Part shown: in pieces, positions 20,356 to 30,695 of the stretch | Layout of the letters: each line of letters opens with the position of its first letter | How positions within the stretch are numbered: position 1 is the stretch's first letter | Source of the DNA: Fidelibacterota bacterium SCGC AAA160-B08 | GTDB lineage: Bacteria > Fidelibacterota > Marinisomatia > Marinisomatales > Marinisomataceae | Direction of reading: 5' to 3' | NCBI GenBank assembly: GCA_000402755.1 | Contig: AQSD01000001.1 | Location: 9,402 to 73,401, forward strand | DNA length: 64,000 nt | Made by a program: the position numbers and the translations under genes | Notes under the pieces: model-generated | What the model was told of the DNA's origin: nothing | Databases searched by the model: none | Seen by the model: only the letters and a program-made list of their open reading frames with translations

Positions 20356-22813
20356 TTTTTGGCTCTTCCGTTGTGTTGTCTTCGTCTGATATGATTCTAG
20401 CGATAGAAGATACTTTTGTTCCCGCGCCAAGTTTAATAAGCCTAACTCCCTGTGTTGCTCTACCAATAGATCTAATTTGTGAAACCGGCAGGCGAATTAA
20501 AACACCCTGGTTGGTGATAATCATTAGGTCGTCCGTTCCAACAACCTCTTTAATTGTTATCATTTTTCCCAGCTTTTCTGTTGTCTTCATAGTAAGAACG
20601 CCTTTACCGCCTCTTTTTTGTGCGCGATATTGTGCAATTTCTGTCCTTTTTCCGAAACCATTTTCTGTCGCAACTAAGACAGTTCCATCTCTTTTAATTA
20701 ATAACATTCCAACGACCTTGTCGTCTTCGGAGCTTAACGTTATTCCTTTTACTCCCATTGTTTTTCTTCCGCTGGGCCTAATTTGTTCTTCAGAAAACCT
20801 TATAGATTTTCCGTTGCTTGTTCCTAATAATATATCATTTTCTCCTGTAGAAATTCTTGCCTCTATCAGGCTGTCCCCTTCTCTTATTTCTACGGCGTAT
20901 ATTCCTTTTTTTCTTGGGTTTGAATATGCAGAAAGTTTTGTTTTTTTAACAATTCCTTTTTCTGTTGCCATCACAACAAAGTGATCGTCGTGGAAATGAT
21001 TTTGCTTTACCCCAATAAAGGCGCTTACTTTTTCATCTGCCTCACAGCCTATAAGATTAACAATTGCTCTTCCCTTTGCAGCTCTTCCGCCCTCTGGAAT
21101 ATCATAAACCTTAACCCAATAACATTTTCCTTTGTCTGTAAAAAATAAAATATAGCTGTGTGTGTTTTCTACAAACAGGTGTTCTGTAAAGTCTTCGTCT
21201 CTTGATGTCTGTCCTTGGACTCCTCTTCCACCTCTTCTTTGGCTTCTATATGTACTAACGCTTGTTCTTTTAATATATTGGTTGTGCGTTATAGTTAAGA
21301 CCATTTCCTCTTCTGCTATCATATCTTCCATGCTTAAGTCTGTCGCCTTATCAACTATTTCAGTTCTTCTTTCTTCTCCATATTTTTCTTTAATCTCAAG
21401 AAGCTCTTCTGTAATAATTTGTAATCTTTTTGATTTGCTGTCTAAAATACTCTTTAGCTCGGTCATGTATTTAATAATTTCTTTGTATTCGGCGAGAATT
21501 TTTTCTGTTTCCAGCCCGGTCAGTCTTTGTAGCTTCATGTCCAAAATAGCCTGTGCTTGTTTTTCAGATAAATCAAACCCGCTTATTAATCCGACTTTGG
21601 CGGCTTCTGGATCTTTACTTGTTTTAATTGTTTCTAGAATTTTATCTATATTGTCTAGGGCAATTTTTAACCCCTCTAATATGTGTGCCCTTGCCTCAGC
21701 CTTTCTTAAATCAAATTCTGTTCTTTTTACAACAATGTCTTGTCTAAAAACAAGAAAAACTTCTAGTAACTCTTTTAAAGACATAACCTTTGGAGTTCCA
21801 TCTACCAGTGCAAGTAAAATAATTCCAAAAGTGTCCTGAAGTTGTGTTTGTTTGTATAGTTGATTTAAAATAACCTCAGGAACGGCATCTCTTTTTATTT
21901 CAATAACCACTCTCATTCCGTCTTTATCTGACTCGTCTCTAAGCTCGGCAATGCCTTCTATTTTTTTATCTCTAGCTAAAAAAGCTATTTTTTCAATCAA
22001 GTTTGCTTTATTAACCTGAAATGGAAGTTCTGTTAAAATAAGCGCGTCTCTTCCTTTGCTGTTTGGTTCAACGTGGGCTGTTCCCCTCATTTTAACCTTA
22101 CCTCTTCCTGTTTCATATGCGCTTTTTATACCATCAAAACCAAGGGCTTTTCCAGCTGTTGGAAAGTCTGGCCCTTTTACGTGTTTCATTAAATCTTCTA
22201 CGGTGCAGTGTGGGTTTTCTATAAGCTCTATTAGGCCGCCAATAACCTCAGATAGGTTGTGTGGTGGAATTTTTGTTGCCATACCAACAGCAATACCCTC
22301 AGATCCGTTAACCAAAAGGTTTGGGAAAACCGCTGGAAGAACAGCTGGCTCTTTTAGGGTTTCGTCAAAATTATTTGTCCAGGCAACCGTCTCTTTGTCA
22401 AGGTCTCTTAGGAGCTCTCCTCCGATTTTAGACATTCTTGATTCTGTATATCTCATTGCCGCAGCTCTGTCTCCATCAACCGAACCAAAGTTCCCTTGGC
22501 CTTGAACTAGTTGATGTCTCATAGAAAATTCTTGTGCCATTCTAACCATGGCATCATATATAGAGCTGTCTCCATGTGGGTGATATTTACCCAAAACATC
22601 CCCAACAACTCTAGCAGATTTTTTATATGGCTTGTTGTGATAACATCCCAAGTCGTTCATTCCAAAAAGAATTCTTCTGTGAACGGGTTTTAGCCCATCT
22701 CTTGCGTCCGGAAGGGCCCTAGCCGTAATTACCGACATTGAATAGTTTAGGTAGCTTTCTTCTAGCTCTACCAAAAGTTGTTTGTCTAATATGTTATCTC
22801 TTCCTATATCCAT
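20318..22813 (-). CDS. gyrA: DNA gyrase subunit A
   Basis: [16 protein letters not shown], the active-site region AAMRYTE and beta-pinwheel C-terminal repeats are present; 831 aa. Confidence 0.97.
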   Translation of the reverse strand: MDIGRDNILDKQLLVELEESYLNYSMSVITARALPDARDGLKPVHRRILFGMNDLGCYHNKPYKKSARVVGDVLGKYHPHGDSSIYDAMVRMAQEFSMRHQLVQGQGNFGSVDGDRAAAMRYTESRMSKIGGELLRDLDKETVAWTNNFDETLKEPAVLPAVFPNLLVNGSEGIAVGMATKIPPHNLSEVIGGLIELIENPHCTVEDLMKHVKGPDFPTAGKALGFDGIKSAYETGRGKVKMRGTAHVEPNSKGRDALILTELPFQVNKANLIEKIAFLARDKKIEGIAELRDESDKDGMRVVIEIKRDAVPEVILNQLYKQTQLQDTFGIILLALVDGTPKVMSLKELLEVFLVFRQDIVVKRTEFDLRKAEARAHILEGLKIALDNIDKILETIKTSKDPEAAKVGLISGFDLSEKQAQAILDMKLQRLTGLETEKILAEYKEIIKYMTELKSILDSKSKRLQIITEELLEIKEKYGEERRTEIVDKATDLSMEDMIAEEEMVLTITHNQYIKRTSVSTYRSQRRGGRGVQGQTSRDEDFTEHLFVENTHSYILFFTDKGKCYWVKVYDIPEGGRAAKGRAIVNLIGCEADEKVSAFIGVKQNHFHDDHFVVMATEKGIVKKTKLSAYSNPRKKGIYAVEIREGDSLIEARISTGENDILLGTSNGKSIRFSEEQIRPSGRKTMGVKGITLSSEDDKVVGMLLIKRDGTVLVATENGFGKRTEIAQYRAQKRGGKGVLTMKTTEKLGKMITIKEVVGTDDLMIITNQGVLIRLPVSQIRSIGRATQGVRLIKLGAGTKVSSIARIISDEDNTTEEPKNETTDNPEPEVG

Positions 22814-22815
22814 TT

Positions 22816-24762
22816 TTATATATCTATGTTTGTAGCAAACTTAGCCTTTTCTGTTATAAATTTTCTTCTGTGTTCTACTTCTGTTCCCATTAACTCTCTA
22901 AACCTAACATTTGTCTCTTCTTCTTGAATGTGATCAACTGTTACCTGCATCAATGTTCTTGTTTCCGCATTCATTGTGGTATCCCAAAGCTGTTCTGCGT
23001 TCATTTCTCCAAGACCCTTATATCTTTGTATGTTTATTTTTGCTGTTTCATTTTCAGATTCAAGTCTTTGAATTACAACGTCTCTTTCCGCGTCTGTATA
23101 GGCATATCTTTCTTTACGCCCTTGTTTAATTTTATATAGTGGTGGCATTGCCATATAAACAAAGCCGCCCTGAACAAGACTTTTCATTTTTCTCCAAAAG
23201 AATGTTAGTAATAGGGTTCTTATGTGGCTACCGTCTACGTCGGCGTCTGTCATAATAACCACCTTGTGGTATCTTAGTTTTTCTGGGTTAAAACTGTGCG
23301 GATCGTCTTCGTCTTCCCCAAAACCACACCCAAGCGCCGTAATAATTGACTGAATTTCATTGTTAGCTAAAAGTTTATCCTCTCTGGCTTTTTCAGAATT
23401 AATAACCTTACCCCTTAGCGGCAAAATTGCCTGAGTTCTTCTATCTCTTCCTTGTTTTGCTGTTCCGCCAGCAGAGTCTCCCTCAACTAAAAAAATTTCA
23501 CACTGCATTGGATCTTTGTTTGAACAGTCTGCTAATTTTCCTGGAAGCGTTGTTGATCCTAGTCCAGATTTTTTTCTAACCAACTCTCTTGCTTTTTTTG
23601 CTGCAATTCGCGCTCTCGCTGCTTCTGCGGCCTTTTCAATGATTCTCTTACCAACCTTTGGGTTTTGTTCTAAAAACGCCTGTATGCCATCATAAACAAC
23701 GTTATCTACTAATCCCTTAACATCTCCGTTCCCAAGTTTTGTTTTTGTTTGTCCTTCAAACTGGGGCTCTTGAACCTTAACAGAAAGAACAAGTGTTAAG
23801 CCCTCCCTAAAGTCGTCTCCGGAAAGACTAAATTTTTCATTCTTTTTTGTTTTAATTAAATCGTTTTTATTTGCATAGCTATTTAAGGCTCTTGTTAGGG
23901 CAGACCTAAGACCAGAAAGGTGTGTTCCTCCTTCAACTGTATTAATGTTATTTACAAAGGAAAAAATATTATTATTATAGTTTGTGCTATATCTAAGGGC
24001 TAAGTCGACAGGAACCTCAATATCTTCTTTAGAAACAACAATAACTTCGTTGTGTATTAAATCTTCTCCCCCATCTAAATATTTAACAAAATCGGATAAA
24101 CCTCCCGGAAAACAATATTCAGCTTTTGTTTCTTCAATTTCGTTGTGTAAAACTATTGATAAATTTTTATTTAAATATGCTAACTCTTTTAGTCTTCCCT
24201 TTATTGTGTCTTCTTGAAATCCTCTGTGAGTAAAGATGGAATGGTCTGGCTTAAATGTTATAATAGTTCCTCTTTTGGAGCTTTTACCAACCGTTTTTAG
24301 TTCAGATGTTGCGTGTCCAATTTTATATTCTTGTCTATAGTGAAAGCCGTCTCTGTGAACTTCTGCAACAAGATCTTCGGAAAGTGCATTTACAACAGAA
24401 ACACCAACGCCGTGAAGACCTCCAGAAACCTTATATGTGTTTTTATCAAATTTTCCTCCGGCATGTAATACCGTCATTACAACCTCTAGGGCAGGTTTTC
24501 CTTCTTCTTTGTGAATTTCAACAGGAATTCCTCTTCCATTGTCTTCAATAGAAATTGTTCCATCTTGTTTAATTCTAACAATTATTTCTGTACAAAATCC
24601 AGCTAAGGCCTCATCTATACTATTGTCCACCACTTCGCTTACAAGGTGATGGTAGCCTCTTTTACCAACATCTCCAATATACATTGCCGGTCTTTTTCTA
24701 ACCGCTTCTAATCCTTTTAATACAGATATTTTATCTGCACCATAATTACTTTTATTGCTCAT
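22816..24762 (-). CDS. gyrB: DNA gyrase subunit B
   Basis: GHKL ATPase motifs (LHHLV-like [21 protein letters not shown]), the Toprim motif [12 protein letters not shown] and PLRGK are present; 648 aa. Confidence 0.97.
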   Translation of the reverse strand: MSNKSNYGADKISVLKGLEAVRKRPAMYIGDVGKRGYHHLVSEVVDNSIDEALAGFCTEIIVRIKQDGTISIEDNGRGIPVEIHKEEGKPALEVVMTVLHAGGKFDKNTYKVSGGLHGVGVSVVNALSEDLVAEVHRDGFHYRQEYKIGHATSELKTVGKSSKRGTIITFKPDHSIFTHRGFQEDTIKGRLKELAYLNKNLSIVLHNEIEETKAEYCFPGGLSDFVKYLDGGEDLIHNEVIVVSKEDIEVPVDLALRYSTNYNNNIFSFVNNINTVEGGTHLSGLRSALTRALNSYANKNDLIKTKKNEKFSLSGDDFREGLTLVLSVKVQEPQFEGQTKTKLGNGDVKGLVDNVVYDGIQAFLEQNPKVGKRIIEKAAEAARARIAAKKARELVRKKSGLGSTTLPGKLADCSNKDPMQCEIFLVEGDSAGGTAKQGRDRRTQAILPLRGKVINSEKAREDKLLANNEIQSIITALGCGFGEDEDDPHSFNPEKLRYHKVVIMTDADVDGSHIRTLLLTFFWRKMKSLVQGGFVYMAMPPLYKIKQGRKERYAYTDAERDVVIQRLESENETAKINIQRYKGLGEMNAEQLWDTTMNAETRTLMQVTVDHIQEEETNVRFRELMGTEVEHRRKFITEKAKFATNIDI

Positions 24763-25861
24763 TTATCCTCACAGGCATTAGTAAAATTATTGTTTTTTGA
24801 TCTTTTTCTTTTGGTAAAAAAAGAGTTGCTGAATTTGAATCTTTAAATGTAAAAAATATTTCTTCTGAAGGATATTTTGCAACCGCTTCTTTTAAATATA
24901 GTGCGTTAAACCCTATTGAAACTTCTTCTCCAACATATTCTGCTGACTTAACTGGAGCATATACTGTTTTGCTTTCTGGTTGATTTACGCTTTTAAAATA
25001 AACTTTTCCTTCTGAAAAATTTAGAGATATTTGATTTGTGTTTTTATTTGTAGCAATAGAAGCTGCTTTTATATTATTTAACATTTCTGTCTTTTGAGCA
25101 ATTAGTTCTTTTGAATTATTTTCTGGAATAACCGCGTTATAATTTGGAAATTTTTCATCTATAATTTTAGAATAAAAAACATCTTTACCGTTATTTAAAA
25201 AAACATAATTTTCACTGAATATTAATGATGTTTCTTTTTGTCCTTCAAGAAATGTGTTTAATATATTTAAATATTTCTTTGGTATAATATATCCCTTTTG
25301 AATATTTGTTTCATTTTGTCTTGTAATTTTAACCAACCGGTGTCCGTCTGTTGCAACAAAATCTATTTTATCTTCGTTAAAACTAAAATAAGCTCCATTA
25401 AGTGCTGGTTTTGTTGGCTCTGCATTAATTGCATATAATAAAGATCCAATTATATTTTTTAATTTATTTGTTTCAATAGTAAATAATGCTTCATGTTTAT
25501 TTTCCGGCATTTCTGGATATTCTTGAAAAGGAACTGTTGGTATATCAAAAGAAATTCCTTTTTCCGATTTTATATTTATATGTGGCCCCGCAATATCTAT
25601 ATCAACCCTGCCTTCGTCTATAACAGAAATAATATCATTAACCTCAGATGTAGGAAACAATCCTTCTCCGTTTGTATTAACTGATGCTGTAATTTGTGTT
25701 TTAATTCCAACTTCAAGATCTGTTGAATGTAGAGTAACTCCATGAGCTCCTGAAGATATATAAGTATAATTAACCAGCGGGTTTTGAGATTTTATTTGTG
25801 TGGTTTTTGTTAGCTTTGAAAAAGCGGCTTGAAGTTCTTTTTTTGTAGTTGAAATGTTCAT
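24752..25861 (-). CDS. dnaN: DNA polymerase III beta sliding clamp
   Basis: 369 aa in a three-domain layout, with the ATDGHRL motif and C-terminal ...LMPVRI. Lies upstream of gyrB. Confidence 0.93.
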   Translation of the reverse strand: MNISTTKKELQAAFSKLTKTTQIKSQNPLVNYTYISSGAHGVTLHSTDLEVGIKTQITASVNTNGEGLFPTSEVNDIISVIDEGRVDIDIAGPHINIKSEKGISFDIPTVPFQEYPEMPENKHEALFTIETNKLKNIIGSLLYAINAEPTKPALNGAYFSFNEDKIDFVATDGHRLVKITRQNETNIQKGYIIPKKYLNILNTFLEGQKETSLIFSENYVFLNNGKDVFYSKIIDEKFPNYNAVIPENNSKELIAQKTEMLNNIKAASIATNKNTNQISLNFSEGKVYFKSVNQPESKTVYAPVKSAEYVGEEVSIGFNALYLKEAVAKYPSEEIFFTFKDSNSATLFLPKEKDQKTIILLMPVRINEQ

Positions 25862-26191
25862 AGTTAGTTATCAATTATAAAAAAATAGTTAGTTTTTAAC
25901 AAGGCTTAATTAGGTACACCTTATATCACCTAAGTAAAAGAAAATTGATTTTTGACCTATTTTAAAGGCTTTATCCTCTAAAAAAATATCTAATTATTAT
26001 TAAATATATATATATAAAAAATTAACATTAGTAATAACAACCTGGATATGTGTATAACTAACAAATAAAGGAAGTTTATAGAGAGATTTTTAACTATTTA
26101 TTTATTAACAAAACATATTTTAAAAATGTGAATAAAATGTTGAAAACTATTTTTTATTTTTTTTGTTAATTAATTGCCTATTTGTGGATAA
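25862..26191. other. Candidate chromosomal replication origin (oriC-like): an AT-rich unwinding stretch plus same-orientation DnaA boxes
   Basis: This is the largest non-coding gap in the core region. Positions 25981-26040 hold only four G/C in 60 nt. There are three boxes in the same orientation. TGTGTATAA (26049-26057) and TGTGAATAA (26127-26135) each have one mismatch. TGTGGATAA (26183-26191) is perfect and lies inside the 3' end of the surA-like gene. A weaker TTATCCTCT lies at 25971-25979. Confidence 0.45.
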
Positions 26192-27474
26192 CTAAGTGGA
26201 TTTCTTTTTATATAAAATTTATTTTTTATTTTTTCAATCCAAGTTGAGTACCAATCTGATTTTTTTTGATTTAAAGCCATTTGTTCTAAGTCTATCCAAT
26301 TTTTATCTAAAGTAGGTGGACCTCCTTCCTTTTTTTCATCAACCCAAATAATATGATAACCAAACTGAGTTAGTACGGGAGAACTAGGAGTATTTAATGG
26401 AATATTTTTTATAGTATCTGATAATTCTTTAATTTGATAAGACTCTAAGTCTATCATACCCATATAGCCACCCTTTGGGCCACTCGTTGTATCATCTGAA
26501 AGTTCTTTTGTTTTTAAAATAAAATCTTCTTTATTTTTTATTTCTTTTACAAGGGAGGCCGCTCTTTTATAGGTTAAATTTTTGTCTTCTTCCGAAGTAG
26601 TAACACTAATTAATATGTGTCTTAAAGCAACTTTTTGACCCGTTCTTTGTAAAACCTCAATTAAATGATAGCCATATTTGGTTTTTACTGGAGGGCTTAA
26701 TGTTTCAAGATCAATTGTCCACGCAGCTTTTTCAAACTCCTTTACAAAAGTTCCTCTTGGAACATAACCCAAGCTTCCACCCAGCTCTTTAGAGCCGGGA
26801 TCTTCAGAATATTTTTTTGCAGCGTCTTCAAAAGACAAGCCTAAAACAATTTCTTCTCTAACTTTATTTGTTTTTATAAGAGCTTCTTTTAGTGAACTTT
26901 CAGAGGGATTTATTTCAAGAAGAAGGTGTCTGGTTTTATAAAAAGTAGGAAAAGAACCAATACTATCTTTGTAGGTGTTATAAAAATCAATAACCTCATT
27001 TCGTGTTATTGAAATTCCTGAAGTTAGGGTTGCTGTATATCTTTCTGCTAAAAGCTTTCCTTTCATGTCGTCTCGGTAAGCCCTTTTAAAGTCTGAAATT
27101 TTTCTCCCCAAGGCTTCTTCGGCCGCTTCCTTACTTCCAGACTGATTAATAATAGTTTCTATTTGTCTTTCAAGAGCTCTTTCAACATCCTTATCTAAAA
27201 CTTCAACAGAGTCTACCTCGGCCATTTTTATAATAACGAGCTGTTCTATCATGCTTTCAGAAGACTGTAATAAAAGAGCTTTATATTTTTCTAAATCGGT
27301 AGTGGGGTTTATTTTTTGTTGGGCAGCCAATGCGTTTGCGGCCAAAACAACGTCACTTAGAAGAACAACCCTTCCCTCAACCACAGCAGAAACGCGATCA
27401 AGAAGAATGTCTTCTTGTGCAAAAGAAAAACTTATTAATAATGATAACAGTATTTTTTTAATTTTTATCTCCAT
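26170..27474 (-). CDS. SurA-like periplasmic chaperone / PpiC-type peptidyl-prolyl isomerase (two parvulin domains)
   Basis: Signal peptide [13 protein letters not shown] and a SurA N-terminal-like region. There are two parvulin signatures (RHLLLEI...GGSLGYV...YGYHLIEV and RHILISV...GGYMGMI...FGYHIIWV). Confidence 0.85.
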   Translation of the reverse strand: MEIKIKKILLSLLISFSFAQEDILLDRVSAVVEGRVVLLSDVVLAANALAAQQKINPTTDLEKYKALLLQSSESMIEQLVIIKMAEVDSVEVLDKDVERALERQIETIINQSGSKEAAEEALGRKISDFKRAYRDDMKGKLLAERYTATLTSGISITRNEVIDFYNTYKDSIGSFPTFYKTRHLLLEINPSESSLKEALIKTNKVREEIVLGLSFEDAAKKYSEDPGSKELGGSLGYVPRGTFVKEFEKAAWTIDLETLSPPVKTKYGYHLIEVLQRTGQKVALRHILISVTTSEEDKNLTYKRAASLVKEIKNKEDFILKTKELSDDTTSGPKGGYMGMIDLESYQIKELSDTIKNIPLNTPSSPVLTQFGYHIIWVDEKKEGGPPTLDKNWIDLEQMALNQKKSDWYSTWIEKIKNKFYIKRNPLSYPQIGN

Positions 27475-29365
27475 TTTTATATTTCACGTGAAACGAACGC
27501 TTTAAATATACTAATAAAATAGATATATCAGTTGGTCTAATACCTGGAATTCTTTGTGCCTGACCAACAGTTTCCGGCAATACGGAAGAAAGTTTTTCTC
27601 TCCCTTCGTTAGAAATGCTTGTTATTTCCTTATAATCAAAGCTTTTTGGAATTAACATGTTTTCATATATTTTTAACTTTTCAATTTCTTCTTTTTGTCT
27701 ACTTATATAACCGTCATATTTAATTATAGTTTCTGCCTCAAATAAAATTTCCTCAAAATGCGAAGGAGAGCTCTTTTTTATTTCTTCAAAATAAGAAAAA
27801 CTAAAGTCTGTTATTTTAACAAGAGGCCTTTTTAATAGTTGAAATATTTTAACAGGCTCAGAAATAAGGCTTTCACCCAAAGAGGAGAGGTGAGGATTAA
27901 TTTTTTGTGGAGAAACAGACTCTTTTTTTAAAAAAGAAACAAGGTTGGATGTGTGGAGGTTCTTTTTTTCTAAAGAGAGGAGAGTTTTTTTGTCTAATAA
28001 ACCAATTTTTTTTGAATATTTTAAGAGCCTTTGGTCTGCGTTTGAGGATCTAAGTTGAAGTCTATATTCCGCCCTAGACGTAAACATTCTATACGGCTCG
28101 TTTGTGTCTTTTAAAACAAGGTCGTCAACAAGAACACCCATATATGCATCGCTTCTTTTTAACAACAGGGGATCCCTATTTAATATTTTTTGTGCAGCAT
28201 TAATTCCAGCTAAAAGCCCTTGAGAGGAAGCCTCTTCATACCCAGAGGTTCCATTTATTTGACCAGCAAGAAAAAGACCAGAAAGACCCTTGGTTTCCAA
28301 AGTTGTTTTTAGTTGTGAGGGAAAAAAGAAATCATATTCTATTGCATACCCAGGCCTTAAAAACTCAACAGAGCCCAACCCCTCTACGGTTTTTAAACAC
28401 TCAAGCTGAACGTCTTCAGGTAAGCTAGTTGAAAAACCATTAACATATATTTGCTCAGAGTTTGTCCACTCTGGCTCGAGCTGTAAAACGTGACTAGGGT
28501 TTTGTGAAAACTTATAAACCTTATCTTCTATAGACGGACAATATCGCGGCCCCGCGGCCATTGTTTCTCCAGAATACATTGCAGACTTTGACAGATTTTT
28601 TAATATAAGTTCGTGGGTTTTTTCATTTGTTCTAAAGGCAAAACAGGGCTCGTCTTTTGATAAAAAGTTTTTTGTTTGATAGGAGAGGGGTTTTGGTTTT
28701 TTATCTCCATATCCAGCCACACCAAAAGACCAATCAACGGAGGTTTTTTTAATTCTTGGAGGGGTGCCAGTCTTTAGCCTACCAGACTTAAAACCCAAAG
28801 ACTTTAAAGACTCGGTAATTCCCTCGGATCTTTTTTCGTCTAACCGCCCCGCCTTAATTTTCTTTTCACCAATATGTATTAAGCCATTTAAAAAGGTTCC
28901 ACAGGTTAATATGGCGGCATCGCAAAAAAGCTCAAATCCGTCTGAAAAAATAACAGAGGAAACAGAACCATTTAATTCTTTTATTTTAACAACCTCTCCA
29001 GCTAATACATCAAGACCCACAGACTTTATGTGTTTTTGAACAACAGACTCATATTTTATTTTATCTATTTGAGAGCGAGGAGACCAAACAGAGCGACCCT
29101 TTGATAGGTTTAATGTTTTGCTTTGTAGGGTTGCTTGATCTGCAAAAACCCCCATCATACCACCCAAAACATCCAACTCTCTAACCATCTGGCCTTTTGC
29201 TAAGCCCCCAATTGCTGGATTACAAGACATTCTTCCTATTGCGGAGACATCCATAGAAACCAAAACAACATCAACCCCAAGCTTGTGTGCAATAAGAGCA
29301 GCCTCAACTCCGGCGTGCCCGCCCCCCACAACTACTAAATCACGCTTGTTTTTTTGTCGTTTCAC
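27458..29365 (-). CDS. mnmG: tRNA uridine 5-carboxymethylaminomethyl modification enzyme MnmG (GidA)
   Basis: The FAD motif [13 protein letters not shown] and MSCNPAIGG are present; 635 aa. The GTG start lies inside a 14-bp palindrome. Confidence 0.96.
   Translation of the reverse strand: MKRQKNKRDLVVVGGGHAGVEAALIAHKLGVDVVLVSMDVSAIGRMSCNPAIGGLAKGQMVRELDVLGGMMGVFADQATLQSKTLNLSKGRSVWSPRSQIDKIKYESVVQKHIKSVGLDVLAGEVVKIKELNGSVSSVIFSDGFELFCDAAILTCGTFLNGLIHIGEKKIKAGRLDEKRSEGITESLKSLGFKSGRLKTGTPPRIKKTSVDWSFGVAGYGDKKPKPLSYQTKNFLSKDEPCFAFRTNEKTHELILKNLSKSAMYSGETMAAGPRYCPSIEDKVYKFSQNPSHVLQLEPEWTNSEQIYVNGFSTSLPEDVQLECLKTVEGLGSVEFLRPGYAIEYDFFFPSQLKTTLETKGLSGLFLAGQINGTSGYEEASSQGLLAGINAAQKILNRDPLLLKRSDAYMGVLVDDLVLKDTNEPYRMFTSRAEYRLQLRSSNADQRLLKYSKKIGLLDKKTLLSLEKKNLHTSNLVSFLKKESVSPQKINPHLSSLGESLISEPVKIFQLLKRPLVKITDFSFSYFEEIKKSSPSHFEEILFEAETIIKYDGYISRQKEEIEKLKIYENMLIPKSFDYKEITSISNEGREKLSSVLPETVGQAQRIPGIRPTDISILLVYLKRSFHVKYKNGDKN
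27482..27494. repeat. TTTCACGTGAAAC motif (12-bp perfect palindrome), copy A, 8 nt upstream of the surA-like ATG
   Basis: Read directly from the sequence: atTTCACGTGAAACgaacg. The identical 13-mer recurs at 29360-29372. Confidence 0.6.
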
Positions 29366-29372
29366 GTGAAAC
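29359..29372. repeat. GTTTCACGTGAAAC 14-bp perfect palindrome, copy B, spanning the mnmE stop and the mnmG GTG start
   Basis: Read directly from the sequence: tcGTTTCACGTGAAACtac. The mnmG start codon (29363-29365) is the central CAC/GTG. Confidence 0.6.
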
Positions 29373-30670
29373 TACTTTCCCACACAAAACGAAGAAAAGA
29401 CACTGTCTAACACGTCATCTTTTGTTGTTTTTTTTGTTATTTCATCTAAAAAAGAAAGAGCAAAGTTTAAGTCTTCGGCAACTAGCTCCAACTCAGGAGA
29501 TTGCTGTAAAGATTTTGTTGCAATTGATAGGTGGTGAATTGTTTTTTTTAAGCAAGACACCTGTCTTTGTGAGGTAACAATAAAGCCAATATCAGAAAAT
29601 CCAGAAGAAACCCTCTGTAAAATTAGTTTCTTAAGTTTAGAAATATTTTTATTTTTCAGAGCAGAAATAGATATATCATATTTTTCTCCACCACTCCGTA
29701 TATCTTTTTTATTAAAAACATAAACAACATTAGGGTTATCTGACGACAAAACAGATCCAGGCTCCCCAAGATATAAAACAAGGTCAGCTAATAAAACCTC
29801 TTGATTACTTTTTTCTACACCAATTTTTTCAATTTGGTCTTTAGTTTTTCTAATGCCGGCAGTGTCTTTTAAAACAAAGGGAATTTCGCCAATATTAATA
29901 GTATTTTCCAGAACATCCCTTGTTGTTCCTGCAACCTCACTAACAATGGCCCGATCTTTTTTTAGTAGGGCGTTGAAGAGGGTTGATTTTCCTGCATTTG
30001 TTGGTCCGGCAATAACTACGCTTGCTCCAGAAGTTAAAACGCTTACAGCCTCAAAGCTCTCCACAGCAGAAGAAAGGTTTTTAATACAAGAACCTATTAC
30101 AGAAACGCTATCAGGAACCAGGCTTGGCTGAAGATCTTCTTCTGAAATGTCTAGATTAAACTCAATTTGTCCTATGGTGCCAATAATTTTATTTTTAATG
30201 CTCAATATATTTTCAAGCAAAGACCCGCGAAGGTTTTTATAGCTTAGTTTTGCACCCAAAAGAGATTTTGAAGATATAAGAGAGGCAACAGACTCAGCTT
30301 GAGACATGTCTAACTTGTTATTAAGATAAGCTCTTTTTGTAAATTCTCCTCCGGGGGCTATTACCGCACCAAAAGAACAACAAAGGCCTATAGTTTTTTG
30401 TATTATAATAGGATTTCCATGTACGCTTATTTCTACGAGGTCTTCCCCCGTATAGGTATTTGGAGAAAAAAGAAAATTAATTATAGCCTCATCAAATATT
30501 TGGCCATCAGAATCAACAAGCTGACAAAGGGTGGGGGTGTTGTTTTTTTTTGTTATAAGGGGGTTTTTTAAAAAAGAAGAAACTATTTTATGTGAGGCGC
30601 TCCCAGAAAGACGAATAACAGCAATTCCGCTAGATCCAAAAGGCGTCGAACAAGCAACAATTGTTCCCAT
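29372..30670 (-). CDS. mnmE: tRNA modification GTPase MnmE (TrmE)
   Basis: GIAVIRLSG N-terminal domain, G-domain motifs GPTNAGKSTLFNAL and DTAGIR, and C-terminal FCVGK. Start moved to ATG 30670 (MGTIVACSTP), the usual MnmE N-terminus. Confidence 0.95.
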   Translation of the reverse strand: MGTIVACSTPFGSSGIAVIRLSGSASHKIVSSFLKNPLITKKNNTPTLCQLVDSDGQIFDEAIINFLFSPNTYTGEDLVEISVHGNPIIIQKTIGLCCSFGAVIAPGGEFTKRAYLNNKLDMSQAESVASLISSKSLLGAKLSYKNLRGSLLENILSIKNKIIGTIGQIEFNLDISEEDLQPSLVPDSVSVIGSCIKNLSSAVESFEAVSVLTSGASVVIAGPTNAGKSTLFNALLKKDRAIVSEVAGTTRDVLENTINIGEIPFVLKDTAGIRKTKDQIEKIGVEKSNQEVLLADLVLYLGEPGSVLSSDNPNVVYVFNKKDIRSGGEKYDISISALKNKNISKLKKLILQRVSSGFSDIGFIVTSQRQVSCLKKTIHHLSIATKSLQQSPELELVAEDLNFALSFLDEITKKTTKDDVLDSVFSSFCVGK

Positions 30671-30695
30671 TTTTTTAGACGGGGAAAGCCCCCGC

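Noticed and set aside
20373-22505. Long plus-strand ORFs (203, 225 and 149 aa) lying antisense to gyrA.
   Set aside because: They lie wholly inside a confidently identified gene. Their Ser/Leu/Phe/Ile-rich low-complexity translations are typical of shadow frames in AT-rich DNA. They have no start context or recognisable motifs.
25862-26169. Possibility of a small RNA or small protein gene in the AT-rich dnaN-upstream gap.
   Set aside because: I could see no stable stems, no conserved RNA motifs (tRNA, SRP, 6S, RNase P) and no ORF with a plausible start. The DnaA-box/AT-tract reading explains the region better.
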